Positions 1 through 10,121 of a stretch of DNA of 64,000 nucleotides are shown here, piece by piece. Every line of letters starts with the position of its first letter. Positions within the stretch are counted from its first letter, which is position 1. The DNA is from Candidatus Spongiihabitans sp. (lineage in GTDB: Bacteria; Pseudomonadota; Gammaproteobacteria; Arenicellales; Poriferihabitantaceae), in NCBI GenBank assembly GCA_965261335.1, contig OZ253450.1, positions 506,705-570,704 of the forward strand. The letters run 5' to 3'. Below the pieces are notes generated by a model that made no database searches, had not been told where the DNA came from, and saw only the letters and a program-made list of their open reading frames with translations. The position numbers and the translations under genes were made by a program.

Positions 1-428
1 ACTGAAGAATCGGTCAATTGCGTTATATCCTCTAGCCGAGTACAAGCGGTTGCCATCATCGCATCGGTATCATCGGCTAATGCCTGTGCGACTTGATTGA
101 TCAAAGCCGCTGGCATGTCCGGTTCGTCGCCTTGCACATTCACGATAAGCGATTGTTCTTGTAAGCCGAGTTGTGTGGACACTTCGGCAATGCGGTCGCT
201 GCCTGAACGATGTGTCGCAGAGGTCATAACGGCTTCTCCGCCAAAACCGAGTACCGCATCGATAATGCGTTCATCATCAGTTGCCACGATAACACGTTGT
301 GCGGCACTTCGATGACCGTTTTCGACTACATGCTGAATCATCGGCTTACCGCCTATATCCAACAACGGCTTGCCAGGCAGTCTGCTTGACCCGTAACGTG
401 CTGGAATGATGATGTTAAAGGGGGTCAT
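1..428 (-). CDS. kdsB: 3-deoxy-manno-octulosonate cytidylyltransferase (CMP-KDO synthetase), N-terminal part; 3' end outside window
   Basis: Reverse-strand translation from ATG at 428 reads MTPFNIIIPARYGSSRLPGKPLLDIGGKPMIQHV...IVNVQGDEPDMP, the typical KdsB N-terminus. It follows lpxK directly, the classic lpxK-kdsB order. Confidence 0.85.
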   Translation of the reverse strand, partial: MTPFNIIIPARYGSSRLPGKPLLDIGGKPMIQHVVENGHRSAAQRVIVATDDERIIDAVLGFGGEAVMTSATHRSGSDRIAEVSTQLGLQEQSLIVNVQGDEPDMPAALINQVAQALADDTDAMMATACTRLEDITQLTDSS

Positions 429-430
429 GC

Positions 431-1501
431 TTAATTTACTCCGTTTGCCAGTAAATCATCGATATGTCGGTATAAAGTGTCGTCAACGTGCAGATGTGCG
501 ACAACCACCCATATATTTTTGGCAGTCGCCACAGAGCGACATTTTATTGCGTCTTTTTCGGTCATAAGAATTGGTCTGTTGTCGGCAAAGGATATATCAT
601 CGGCAGTAAATTTATGGTGGTCGGGAAAAATATGCGGGATGATGTCTATGTCGGCTTGTTCAAGTTGCGAAAAAAATCGAGCTGGATTACCAATGCCTGC
701 CACCGCATGTGCCGGCTTGTCGGTAAATTCTGACAATGCACGGCGACTATTATCTATTAGATTACGCGCATCCTGTAATTCCATGTTCATGTGGCAAGCT
801 ATACAGCCCGATGGAATGTTATGCTGCCATTGTTTAGGGGATTGACCATTGAAGACCACAATATCTGCTCGCATGAGTGCGGATATTGGTTCGCGTAGTG
901 GCCCTGCAGGCAGACACCAGCCATTTCCGAATCCGTATTGACCGTCAATAACCACAATATCAATGTTACGCTTTAATGCAAAATGTTGGTAGCCATCATC
1001 GCTAACTAGAATATCGCAATTCATGTTATCAATCAAATAAGTGCCGTTTTGTACGCGCTTAGTGCCGACTACCACAGCAACATCACAACGCTCGAAAATC
1101 AATTGTGGCTCATCGCCAACAAGGTGAGCCGAAGTTGTGCGGTTCACTTCTCGTGGATAAAACGCCGATTTACCGCCATAGCCACGCGCAATGACCCCGG
1201 GCTTAAAACCACGCGCCTTTAGATGGTCGACCAATGCCATTACCAACGGTGATTTACCACTGCCTCCCATACTGATATTGCCAACCACGATAACGGGTAC
1301 TGGCAGACTGTCGGAGCGCAGTAACCGCATTCGGTAGCAACTACGCCGTAACGCCATCAACAACCGATAACACCATGAAATGGGCAACAGCAGATAGTTC
1401 AGTAATCGTGCTCGCCGCCACCCTTGTTGCAGTGTATCCCGCATCGCATTCAATGCTGTTCCGCTTTGTTCATCGATTTTGTTGCTGATATTCAAGCTCA
1501 A
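431..1501 (-). CDS. lpxK: tetraacyldisaccharide 4'-kinase
   Basis: 356-aa ORF with P-loop GNISMGGSGKSP and LpxK-like layout, adjacent to kdsB. The true start may be an internal Met. Confidence 0.85.
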   Translation of the reverse strand: MSLNISNKIDEQSGTALNAMRDTLQQGWRRARLLNYLLLPISWCYRLLMALRRSCYRMRLLRSDSLPVPVIVVGNISMGGSGKSPLVMALVDHLKARGFKPGVIARGYGGKSAFYPREVNRTTSAHLVGDEPQLIFERCDVAVVVGTKRVQNGTYLIDNMNCDILVSDDGYQHFALKRNIDIVVIDGQYGFGNGWCLPAGPLREPISALMRADIVVFNGQSPKQWQHNIPSGCIACHMNMELQDARNLIDNSRRALSEFTDKPAHAVAGIGNPARFFSQLEQADIDIIPHIFPDHHKFTADDISFADNRPILMTEKDAIKCRSVATAKNIWVVVAHLHVDDTLYRHIDDLLANGVN

Positions 1502-1539
1502 TCAAGAGAAGTGATTAGCAAGTAGAGTATTTGTGATGC

Positions 1540-1738
1540 TTATAGATGTCTTTTGAGAATTTCACTTTTACGAGCAACGCTGACATCAATTATCGCATGA
1601 GATTGAGCGATGATTGATTCTAATTTTTCTATTTCGGATACTAATTATTCTTGTTCCGATAGTGTGGGGACGGGAATTTTAAATTGTTTTACTTTATTCC
1701 AAGACGTTCTTGGCAGTTGTTGTCCGCTGACTGTTTTT
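1540..1738 (-). pseudogene. remnant of a type I R-M specificity subunit (HsdS) C-terminus
   Basis: Reverse translation gives KTVSGQQLPRTSWNKVKQFKIPVPTLSEQE*LVSEIEKLESIIAQSHAIIDVSVARKSEILKRHL*. The IPxPxLxEQ...IE motif and helical tail are typical of HsdS ends. It has one in-frame stop and its 5' side is cut by the ISL3 terminus at 1751. Confidence 0.4.
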
Positions 1739-1750
1739 AATGCTTTATTA

Positions 1751-2069
1751 GGTTCTTCTGGCAACCCTATGGGTATAGATTAAGTTTTCCACAATGAAAT
1801 AGAATTGAAACGCGATAGTTTTCGAAGTTTCTAAATCCTCTGGCGGCCGATTTTATGGACTGAACCTTTGAATTAAATCCTTCTGCGGTCGCATTGGTGA
1901 TGCGATATTTCAGATAAGTTATTATGTCGTCGAGATGGTTTTTCAGCATCTTGACAACTGATATGACCAGATTTAGACGTGAATGTGTCGCCCACCAGTA
2001 CCCTTTCTTAAAGAACGCTCGGGCTAGTTTATCGTCGCAGTAAGTCCACAGATCAAGCAGTGTCTCTTG
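1751..2069 (-). mobile_element. ISL3-family IS fragment (terminal inverted repeat plus transposase C-terminus)
   Basis: The end GGTTCTTCTGGCAACCCTATGGGTATAG recurs at 10122 and, inverted, at 60886. ORF 1767..1949 (MLKNHLDDIITYLKYRITNATAEGFNSKVQSIKSAARGFRNFENYR) is an ISL3 transposase C-terminus. Homology to the other copies stops near 2069. Confidence 0.7.
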
Positions 2070-2138
2070 GGCTTGTCGATTAATTAAAAAATAATGTCAA
2101 AATTCACATATTTGTTCAAATAAACGGACAATAGTCCG

Positions 2139-3252
2139 CTTTATTTAAGTCCCAATGGGCTATTTTAGGCTATGGGTGCCTTAAATCATGTTCTTTAGAT
2201 AAATTTAAGACGAATTTATCCTAGTATTGACCCTAGTCAGGCACCAAATTGATGTTTTCAAAACCCAGCGTAATCACTCTTTTGAGGTTGAAAGTCAGCA
2301 CGCGTATGCCTACCTGAAATTGCACCTTATTCAAACCACGATAACGAACATGCCGGTTACGGCGAGCAAAGACACGTTCATAAGGTGAACGCATCGCTGA
2401 AAGCCAACCATCTTTTTTAGTATCTTTGCCTTTCATGTTGGCTTTCTTAATCGTTGCATCATGACAACCTTTGCGTTTGAGGGTGGTTTTGGCTGGGTTC
2501 ACACAGCACCACTTATCGCCAAAAACAGCACCTCCTGTGGGGCAAACGTGAGCAAGCCCTTCAGCATCGGCAACTTCCGCCGATGTAGCCGCAATCTTAT
2601 TATTAAACTGCTCTGCATATCAACCGAGGCGTGTTCTTTATAACCACACCAAAACTTGTTACCGCCCTTACAACCAAAGTGTGCCCCCTTATCAACCGCT
2701 ATTTTTTCAGCCGTCTTATTATTAAACTTCCCTAAACCTGCCTTAATAGCACGATCTCTATCGTCCCAAGTGGTCAGCTTACTCACCCGAGTGACTTAGC
2801 ATCAACAAAGGTAAAAACTTCGCGAATTAAATCCATAGACTTCAGTCCTTTACGAACACGGTTAAAAATCGTCATTAAGTTTTTTGTACCCAGTCGTTTC
2901 CGAAAATCACCAAAGTAACTGTGATCCGGGGACTTCTCTCCTAAATTCAATTCGCAAAACCATTTTCCAGAATTGTTCTCTTGCAAAAAACGTTCCATTT
3001 CACGGTCGCTCATATATTCCATGAATGGTAAAACCAGTGCACGTAAGCCAAAGACAACCCCTTTTTCTTTGCGACCTTTAGCCGAATTAGAGATTAACGT
3101 AAGGTTTGGCTAGTTCATCGAATGACAATAAAGCATCAAGCTTACGATAGGGATGGTTTGCCACTACCAGATCGTCTAGTGCTATAAACAGCGTGTTTTG
3201 TTGGCGTTTGCTCATAAATAAGACCCGTTTTGAATTTCGGGTATTATCTCAC
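2139..3252 (-). mobile_element. decayed IS5/IS1182-superfamily element, copy A
   Basis: Transposase pieces lie in three frames (2233..2502, 2499..2786, 2783..3022, N-terminus from ATG at 3215: MSKRQQNTLFIALDDLVVANHPYRKLDALL). The motif DREMERFLQENNSGKWFCELNLGEKSPDHSYFGDFRKRLG is present. A near-identical copy lies at 12963..14024. Confidence 0.65.
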
Positions 3253-3716
3253 ATTGCGGCAAAAGTGGTTAGAACGGGACGTTAACTCTTGGTCAAAATA
3301 CGGGAAAACCACCGAATACTCCTAGAACAAGTGCTGCTCGTACTGAATATGTTTGAAGCACTGCCCATTTAACCCGATATTGGACAACAGTAACGGTTTT
3401 TGAGTAAACTTCTCGGCAATATCTGCTGTAATGACCAACCATAAGACTTGAAAGAGAGATTCACATATCATTGAAGTGCTGGCACTGCGCTATCTGGGGA
3501 TTTGGGGAGTATTGGGCGGTTTGTTTCCAAGACATTTGACGGTATCCTCATGGTTTATTTGCAGGAGCAAATAACCGGTGTCATACCCCTCCTGAATAAG
3601 TTAAAAGGGGATATTACTGCTTTGGGCTAACAGGTGTCGTTATCTTATTGCGAATCATTATCATTTGTGTTATTATCCAATGTCATTTTCGCCTTTTTCA
3701 CATATTATTAGAGATT

Positions 3717-4748
3717 ATGCTAAAACAATCATTTAGAAACTCAATCACGACTTTGGTATTGTCCGTTATGATGACAATATCCGCCCAGAACGCTTATGCC
3801 GATGAGGAGGTCAATGTTTATTCCTATCGTAAGCCCCAGCTTATTCAGCCGATGTTTGATGAATTCACCAAGGAGAGTGGTATCAAGGTCAATGTGGTGT
3901 TCGCTAAAACAGGCATGCTAGAAAAACTGCAAAGCGAAGGCATCAATAGTCCCGCTGATCTGGTTTTTACCGTTGATATTGGACGCTTATCCGATATTAA
4001 AAATGCCGCTTTAACACAACCGGCTCAGTCGTCCGTGCTGAAGGATAACATCCCGTCCAGCATGCGTGATGATGAAAATCATTGGTTTGGATTAACCTCA
4101 AGAGCGCGTATTATCGTGACCTCAAAAGATCGCATCAAAAAGGGTGCGGTCGCCAACTATGAAGACCTTAGCGAACCGAAGTTTAAGGGGAAAATTTGCA
4201 CCCGTTCAGGCAAACACCCCTATATGGTGGCACTGACTGCTGCTATGATTGCCCATCATGGGGTGGCGGATGCGGAGCAATGGCTCAGCGGCTTGAAATC
4301 CAATCTGGCTCACCAACCAGAAGGCAATGATCGTGCCCAAGTGAAAGCAATCAAAGAAGGCATCTGCGATATTGCGGTAATCAATCACTATTATATGTAT
4401 AAAATGATCAATGACCCGGAACAAAAGACCTGGGCAGATGCGGTCAATATCACCTTCCCCAACCAAAACAATCGTGGCACACACATGAACATCAGCGGGA
4501 TGGCGATGACGAAACACGCACCTAATCAAGATAACGCACTCAAGCTCATGGAATTTCTCGCCAGCGAAAAAGCACAGCGAATGTATGCTCAGATGAACGG
4601 CGAATATGCGGTCAAACTTGGTATTCCGTTGGCAGATTCGGTCAAAATTTGGGGACATTTCACGCGCGATGAAGTTGGACTCACCGACGTTGCGTCACAT
4701 CGACGGGAAGCCTCAAAAATGGCAGACCGTGTCGACTACGATGGTTGA
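3717..4748 (+). CDS. fbpA: Fe(3+) ABC transporter periplasmic binding protein (FbpA/HitA type)
   Basis: Signal peptide MLKQSFRNSITTLVLSVMMTISAQNAYA, then EVNVYSYRKPQLI...RSGKHPY...GNDRAQVKAIKEGICD, closely following my recollection of HitA/FbpA. The start is moved to the ATG at 3717 inside ORF 3648..4748. Confidence 0.85.
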   Translation: MLKQSFRNSITTLVLSVMMTISAQNAYADEEVNVYSYRKPQLIQPMFDEFTKESGIKVNVVFAKTGMLEKLQSEGINSPADLVFTVDIGRLSDIKNAALTQPAQSSVLKDNIPSSMRDDENHWFGLTSRARIIVTSKDRIKKGAVANYEDLSEPKFKGKICTRSGKHPYMVALTAAMIAHHGVADAEQWLSGLKSNLAHQPEGNDRAQVKAIKEGICDIAVINHYYMYKMINDPEQKTWADAVNITFPNQNNRGTHMNISGMAMTKHAPNQDNALKLMEFLASEKAQRMYAQMNGEYAVKLGIPLADSVKIWGHFTRDEVGLTDVASHRREASKMADRVDYDG

Positions 4749-4757
4749 TCTTCATTT

Positions 4758-6425
4758 TTGAGCGATACCAATTTAAGCACATACAGCCGTGTCAATCCTT
4801 GGCGAATTGGCACGGCTGTCATTGTTGTGCTGGCAATATTGCCGGTGCTTGCCATTGTTTGGCTGGCATTTTTCCCAGCGGAAAACATCTGGCCACATCT
4901 CATTAGCACTGTTTTACCGCGTTATCTTGCCAATACGATTGTTCTCATGCTCGGTGTGGGACTGTTCGTTTTCCTCATCGGCGTATCGACTGCTTATCTG
5001 GTCAATACCTATGCGTTCCCCCTGCGTCAATATTTCGAATGGCTGTTAATACTCCCGCTTGCTGTTCCCGCCTACGTCATCGCCTATCTATACACCGACT
5101 TGCTGGAATTTTCCGGCCCGGTGCAGATGCTAATACGCGAATTCTTTGGCTGGCAGGCTGGCGATTATTGGTTTCCCAAGATACGCAGCATGGGTGGCGC
5201 AATTATGTTGATGGGCTTGGTGCTATATCCCTATGTCTATCTCATGGCGCGTGCCTCATTTCTGGAGCAGTCGCCACATCTGCTTGATGTCAGTCGCCTG
5301 ATGGGGCGGTCGCGATTCAATACCTTTCTGTTCGTTTCATTGCCTATTGCTCGTCCTGGCATTGCCATTGGCATCGCCTTAGCACTGATGGAGACCTTGA
5401 ATGATTTTGGTACGGTGGATTATTTTGCCATACACACTTTAACCGCCGGGGTATTCGATGTCTGGCTGAACATGAATAATCTCGGCGGTGCGGCACAAAT
5501 CGCAATTGTGATGTTAAGTTTTGTGTTGTTGCTCATCGGACTGGAATATATCGGGCGCAAACGCACCGCTTTTTACCAAACTACCGGCAGATTTACGCAC
5601 ACGGACAAAATTCAGTTAAACGGATTAGCAAAATGGGGCGCGTTTAGTCTTTGTTTTGCACCGGTTGTGGCTGGATTTTTCATTCCTGCCGTGATGCTGG
5701 TTAATTACGGAATTATCTATTTTGAACAATCATGGACTATGCAGTTTCGGCAATACGCATTAAACAGCCTGTTCGTGTCGGTCATTGCAGCAGGGTGCTG
5801 TGTCGTCATCGCGGTATTGGTAAGTTATGCAAAACGCATTGAAGGGTCGAAGCTGGCAATTGCATCAAAATTGGCTTCAATGGGATATGCCGTGCCCGGT
5901 GCCGTCCTCGCCGTAGGCGTTATTATTCCGCTCGCCGCCTTTGACAATGCGGTGGATGGATTTTTTCGTGCCCAATTCGATGTCTCCACTGGATTGATTC
6001 TCAGCGGTACCACTTTCGCACTTATATTGACTTATGTGATTCGCTTTCTGGCTATATCCATCGGCAGCATCGAATCCAGTTTTTCTAAAATTTCAATCTC
6101 GGTGGACATGGCAGCACGCACACTCGGACATGCGCCATTGAGAACCCTGCAACGTTACCATTTACCGCTCATCAAAAGCGGTGTTTTCACTGCTGCCCTA
6201 ATCGTGTTTGTCGACTGCATGAAAGAGTTGCCGGCGACACTATTACTGCGCCCGTTCAATTTTGAAACTTTGGCGACCCATGTTTATCTGTTTGCCTCCG
6301 ATGAAATGATTGAGCAAAGCGCACTCGGTGCCTTATTGATTGTCATCTGCGGGTTGATTCCAGTCATTGTGTTAAGCCGAACAATTACGTATTCTCAGAT
6401 TTTAACCAATCAGACCGAACCATGA
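4758..6425 (+). CDS. fbpB: iron(III) ABC transporter permease, duplicated 2 x 6 TM type
   Basis: 555-aa polytopic membrane protein located between the binding protein and the ATPase. TTG start as called by the track. Confidence 0.8.
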   Translation: MSDTNLSTYSRVNPWRIGTAVIVVLAILPVLAIVWLAFFPAENIWPHLISTVLPRYLANTIVLMLGVGLFVFLIGVSTAYLVNTYAFPLRQYFEWLLILPLAVPAYVIAYLYTDLLEFSGPVQMLIREFFGWQAGDYWFPKIRSMGGAIMLMGLVLYPYVYLMARASFLEQSPHLLDVSRLMGRSRFNTFLFVSLPIARPGIAIGIALALMETLNDFGTVDYFAIHTLTAGVFDVWLNMNNLGGAAQIAIVMLSFVLLLIGLEYIGRKRTAFYQTTGRFTHTDKIQLNGLAKWGAFSLCFAPVVAGFFIPAVMLVNYGIIYFEQSWTMQFRQYALNSLFVSVIAAGCCVVIAVLVSYAKRIEGSKLAIASKLASMGYAVPGAVLAVGVIIPLAAFDNAVDGFFRAQFDVSTGLILSGTTFALILTYVIRFLAISIGSIESSFSKISISVDMAARTLGHAPLRTLQRYHLPLIKSGVFTAALIVFVDCMKELPATLLLRPFNFETLATHVYLFASDEMIEQSALGALLIVICGLIPVIVLSRTITYSQILTNQTEP

Positions 6426-6556
6426 ATACTGTGCAAAAACCCAATATTCGCCATTCCGCGCGAAAGCAGGAATCCAGTAAAACACCCAAACCCGACAGGT
6501 TTTCTGCTAGTAACGCATGCCTAGCGAAGGTTTCTTGCAGTTTCCCATGCTCCGCT
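6424..6556 (+). repeat. MITE-like repeat, copy 1 (degenerate ends), filling the fbpB-fbpC spacer
   Basis: Aligns by eye with 8751..8871: gtgcaaaaacccaatattcgccattccgcgcgaaagcaggaatccagtaaaa...aacgcatgcctagcgaaggtttcttgca. It begins at the fbpB stop codon. Confidence 0.55.
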
Positions 6557-6581
6557 CAATCAATGTCGCCGCAATCTGTCT

Positions 6582-7622
6582 ATGTCGATACTCGAAGTAG
6601 AAAACATTCGCTGTGACTACGGTGGTCAGAGTGCGGTGAAATCCGCCTCATTCGAACTTGAAGAAGGTAGCCTCGCCTGCTTATTAGGCCCCAGTGGATG
6701 TGGCAAAACGACCATATTGCGCGCAATTGCCGGATTTCACGACCTGCAAAGTGGTTCAATCACCCTGAACAACACCTGCATTTCTAGTCGCACAAACACC
6801 GTTCCGCCTGAACAACGTAATATCAGCATGGTATTTCAGGACTGCGCTTTGTTCCCCCATCTTACGGTGGAAAAAAACATTGCCGCTGGACTATATGGTC
6901 ATACAAAAAACACCATCGCCAACACGGTGTCGGAAATGATCGACTATGTACGGTTAGCTGGATTAAACAAACGCTATCCGCATGAACTATCAGGCGGACA
7001 ACAACAACGGGTTGCCTTGGCGCGCGCATTGGCACCTAAACCAAGATTGTTACTGATGGATGAACCGTTTTCCAACCTTGATTTAGAATTACGCGAAAAA
7101 CTCGGTCGTGAGGTACGGGATTTGTTAAAAAATATCGGCACAACCTGTATTTTAGTCACCCACGACCAACAAGATGCGTTCACGTTTAGCGACGAGGTAG
7201 GGGCAATGCGCGAAGGTAAAATTGAGCAATGGGACACGCCTTATAACCTGTACCACAAACCGTCCACTCGATTTGTGGCAGATTTTATCGGCGATGGCGT
7301 ATTTCTCGATGCGATTATTTTGAATCAAAACACGATTGAGTCTGAACTTGCCAAACTCAGCGGCGAGCTTGGCACCACTGCCCGTCACGGGCAACGCATC
7401 CAATTATTGGTGCGCCCTGACGACATAATCCATGACGATGACAGCAAAATGACCGCCAAAATCAAGAAAAAAACATTTCGCGGCGAAAACTATCTATACA
7501 CATTGGAACTCCCCAGCGGCAGTGAAATTCTGTCACTAGTGCCCTCCCACCATAACCACGCCATCGGCGAAAATCTCGGCATAAAACTAGAAATAGATCA
7601 CTTGGTTTATTTTGATGCCTGA
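6582..7622 (+). CDS. fbpC: iron(III) ABC transporter ATP-binding protein
   Basis: Walker A GPSGCGKTT, ABC signature LSGGQQQRVALARAL, Walker B LLLMDEP and a C-terminal regulatory/TOBE-like tail. Confidence 0.85.
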   Translation: MSILEVENIRCDYGGQSAVKSASFELEEGSLACLLGPSGCGKTTILRAIAGFHDLQSGSITLNNTCISSRTNTVPPEQRNISMVFQDCALFPHLTVEKNIAAGLYGHTKNTIANTVSEMIDYVRLAGLNKRYPHELSGGQQQRVALARALAPKPRLLLMDEPFSNLDLELREKLGREVRDLLKNIGTTCILVTHDQQDAFTFSDEVGAMREGKIEQWDTPYNLYHKPSTRFVADFIGDGVFLDAIILNQNTIESELAKLSGELGTTARHGQRIQLLVRPDDIIHDDDSKMTAKIKKKTFRGENYLYTLELPSGSEILSLVPSHHNHAIGENLGIKLEIDHLVYFDA

Positions 7623-7669
7623 CGAGTGTCTGTCTGTGAGATTTTTTTACTATAAAAAATCGGGAGTTG

Positions 7670-7784
7670 GATGATTTTCAGTCTTATTACAACGAATACC
7701 GAGCACATGGTTATTGAACTTGGCAACACCTTACGAGTATTATCAGAACCTCGTGAAGACACCCGATTTGTCTCATAGGTATTG
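7670..7784 (+). pseudogene. tiny remnant of an rve-type (IS3/IS481-like) transposase C-terminus
   Basis: Two frames read DDFQSYYNEYRAHGY* and LATPYEYYQNLVKTPDLSHRY*. This resembles the F..YYN..R.H..L...TP.E.Y tail of integrase-core transposases. Very short. Confidence 0.3.
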
Positions 7785-7886
7785 AACTCGGACAGGTTAT
7801 ATTTTAGCGATGCTGATATGGTATATTTTGGTATCGTGTTTATGTATAATAAGTTAAAATTATAGTAATTATTTTTAATAAAATCA

Positions 7887-8729
7887 ATGAGTTATTCATC
7901 TCCCCAGAACAAACCAAAGCCTACAGGCTTCATAAGCAGCACCTTTCGTACATGTCTCTGCTTATTCAGATTGGTAAAAAGGACATTATTAGGATATCGC
8001 TATATTAGATTGAGCCCAAACTTAAAGGGTAGAATTTGTTTCTACGATCGAAAATTTTCTAAATTTTTTACTATACAATCTCGCGGTCATACTGATTCGA
8101 ATACGGCTCGCCAGATATATGATTCCGAAGATTATTCTTTAAATAGATTGGCTCGTGAACAAGATATTATTGAAGAATATGAGAGAATATTAACGACGGG
8201 TAAGATTCCTCTTATTTATGATTGCGGAGGAAATATTGGATTGGCATCAAGATATTTCGCAGAACAGTTTCCTGCTGCCCGAGTTATCTGCATTGAGCCG
8301 GAAAAGGGTAATATGGTTCAGGCAAGAAAGAACTGTAAAAAATTCGACAATGTTATTTTTAGAGAAGCGGCTATTGGAGCAACCGTTGGTTTTGTCACGA
8401 TTATGGATGAAAATGTAGATGCGGATACATTCAGGGTTTTAACGAGCGATAAATCTGATGAGACGGAAATGGTAAATATTGACCAATTATTGAAAGAAAA
8501 CAATGATTGTTCTTTGTTTATCGTTAAAATCGATATCGAAGGCTTTGAAGAAAATCTATTCTCACAAAATACTGAATGGATCGATGATTGCATGTTGCTG
8601 ATCGTTGAATTACATGATTGGATGCTACCAGGGTCTGCTAATAGTTCGAATTTCTTACAAGTAATCTCGCATAAGAACAGAGATTTTGTTCACAGAGGGG
8701 AGAATATTTTCTCCATACGAAATAGTTAA
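7887..8729 (+). CDS. FkbM-family SAM-dependent methyltransferase
   Basis: DCGGNIGLASRYFAEQFPAARVICIEPEKGN...REAAIG and IVKIDIEGFEENLF are FkbM-family hallmarks. The start is uncertain. Confidence 0.65.
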   Translation: MSYSSPQNKPKPTGFISSTFRTCLCLFRLVKRTLLGYRYIRLSPNLKGRICFYDRKFSKFFTIQSRGHTDSNTARQIYDSEDYSLNRLAREQDIIEEYERILTTGKIPLIYDCGGNIGLASRYFAEQFPAARVICIEPEKGNMVQARKNCKKFDNVIFREAAIGATVGFVTIMDENVDADTFRVLTSDKSDETEMVNIDQLLKENNDCSLFIVKIDIEGFEENLFSQNTEWIDDCMLLIVELHDWMLPGSANSSNFLQVISHKNRDFVHRGENIFSIRNS

Positions 8730-8750
8730 AGCAACTGTACCCGCCCAGAT

Positions 8751-8871
8751 GAGACTGTGCAAAAAACCAACATTCGTCGTTCCTGCGAAAGCAGGAACCC
8801 AGTAAAATAGCCAAACCCGCAAGGGTTTCCGCATGTAACGCATGCCTAGCGAGGGTTTCTTGCATAGTCTC
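8751..8871 (+). repeat. MITE-like repeat, copy 2 (best preserved, 121 bp)
   Basis: Terminal inverted repeats are GAGACTGTGCAAAAAACC and GGTTTCTTGCATAGTCTC. An internal perfect hairpin GTTCCTGC-GAAA-GCAGGAAC is present. ORFs 8638..8892 and 8655..8873 are read-through artefacts of it. Confidence 0.65.
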
Positions 8872-8977
8872 ATATGCGGGTAACGATAGCACCCAATGAC
8901 GACAGCAATGACACCAGCAAATAATCGGCTTGTTGCTGGATAAAAATTAAAATGCTACAGGATACTTTTACATAACT

Positions 8978-10099
8978 TGAATTCACATAATAAGTGCAAC
9001 ACTCCTAAGTCAGTCAAAGGGTACACTCGTACTCTTTTAACTGAACGGAAAAAAGGAGTAAAACATGACGAGATATACCCATTTGACTGAACACGAAAGA
9101 TACCACATTTACCTCATGAATAAGCAACATTGTACACTGACAGAAATCGCTAAAACCATGGGCAGAAGTAGGTCAACCATCAGCCGTGAAATTAAACGCA
9201 ATACCGGGGGCAACGGCTATCGCTACAAACAAGCCCACCGCTTTGCCCAAACGAGGCATCAGCAAAAGCCCAAGCACATCAAGCTCAATGACGAGTTAAA
9301 GCTTCATATTCAACAAAAGATCGCGCTGTATTGGAGTCCTGAACAAATTAGCAGTCGTTTGAGAATGGAGGAAAACATCAGTATTAGCACCGAATCCATC
9401 TATCGTCTCATTTTGAAAGACAAAGTAGCGGATGGGTCGTTATATCGATACTTGCGCCATCAGGGTAAGAAATATCGCAAGCGTTATGGACAGAACGATT
9501 ACCGCGGACGCATCCCCAATCGGGTTGATATTGCTGATAGACCCCGTATAGTGGACAGTCGCTCGCGTATAGGCGTAGTGATAGAGGGGGGAGGCTGATT
9601 GTGTTATCGGTAAGGGTCGTCAAGGGGTGTTTGCCACCCTTGCTGAACGCAAAAGTAGGCTTTATCTCGCACTTCGGACTAAGAACAAAACCGCAAAAGA
9701 AACCAACGCGGCTATACTCAGGTTGTTAAAGCATATGAAACAACATGTAATGACACTAACCTTTGATAACGGCAGAGAATTTTGTTGGCATAGTGAGCTT
9801 GCCAAACAACTCGAGTGTGAAACTTATTTTGCTAAACCGTATCACTCTTGGGAGCGTGGCTTGAATGCCAAATAATCATCTGGCACAATGGCTTGCTCAT
9901 ACTTTTTGTTCAGGCAGTTTTTTCCAAAGAAAATGCCTTTGCATAAAGTCACCGAAAAAGAGCGGTTCAAAGCGACCGATTTAATGAATAACCGACCTAG
10001 AAAATGTTTGGGGTATAACCCTTATGGAGGTCTTTTCTCACGCAATGGGAATAGATCATAATATAAACCCGAGTGTTGCACTTATGGGTTGAATTCGCC
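8978..10099 (+). mobile_element. IS30-family element, copy 1, transposase frameshifted
   Basis: Ends are TGAATTCACATAATAAGTGCAACACTC and GAGTGTTGCACTTATGGGTTGAATTCGCC. The transposase is split (9065..9598 MTRYTHLTEHERYHIYLMNKQHCTLTEIAKTMGRSRSTISREIKRN, 9627..9875, plus a tail in another frame). Confidence 0.8.
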
Positions 10100-10121
10100 T
10101 AATCCTTAAATTCACATAAAT

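Noticed and set aside
6422-6616. 64-aa ORF between fbpB and fbpC (MNTVQKPNIRHSARKQESSKTPKP...), and similar ORFs at 8638..8892 and 8655..8873
   Set aside because: They are read-through translations of the MITE-like repeat (hairpin plus terminal repeats). The same pseudo-peptide appears wherever the repeat occurs.
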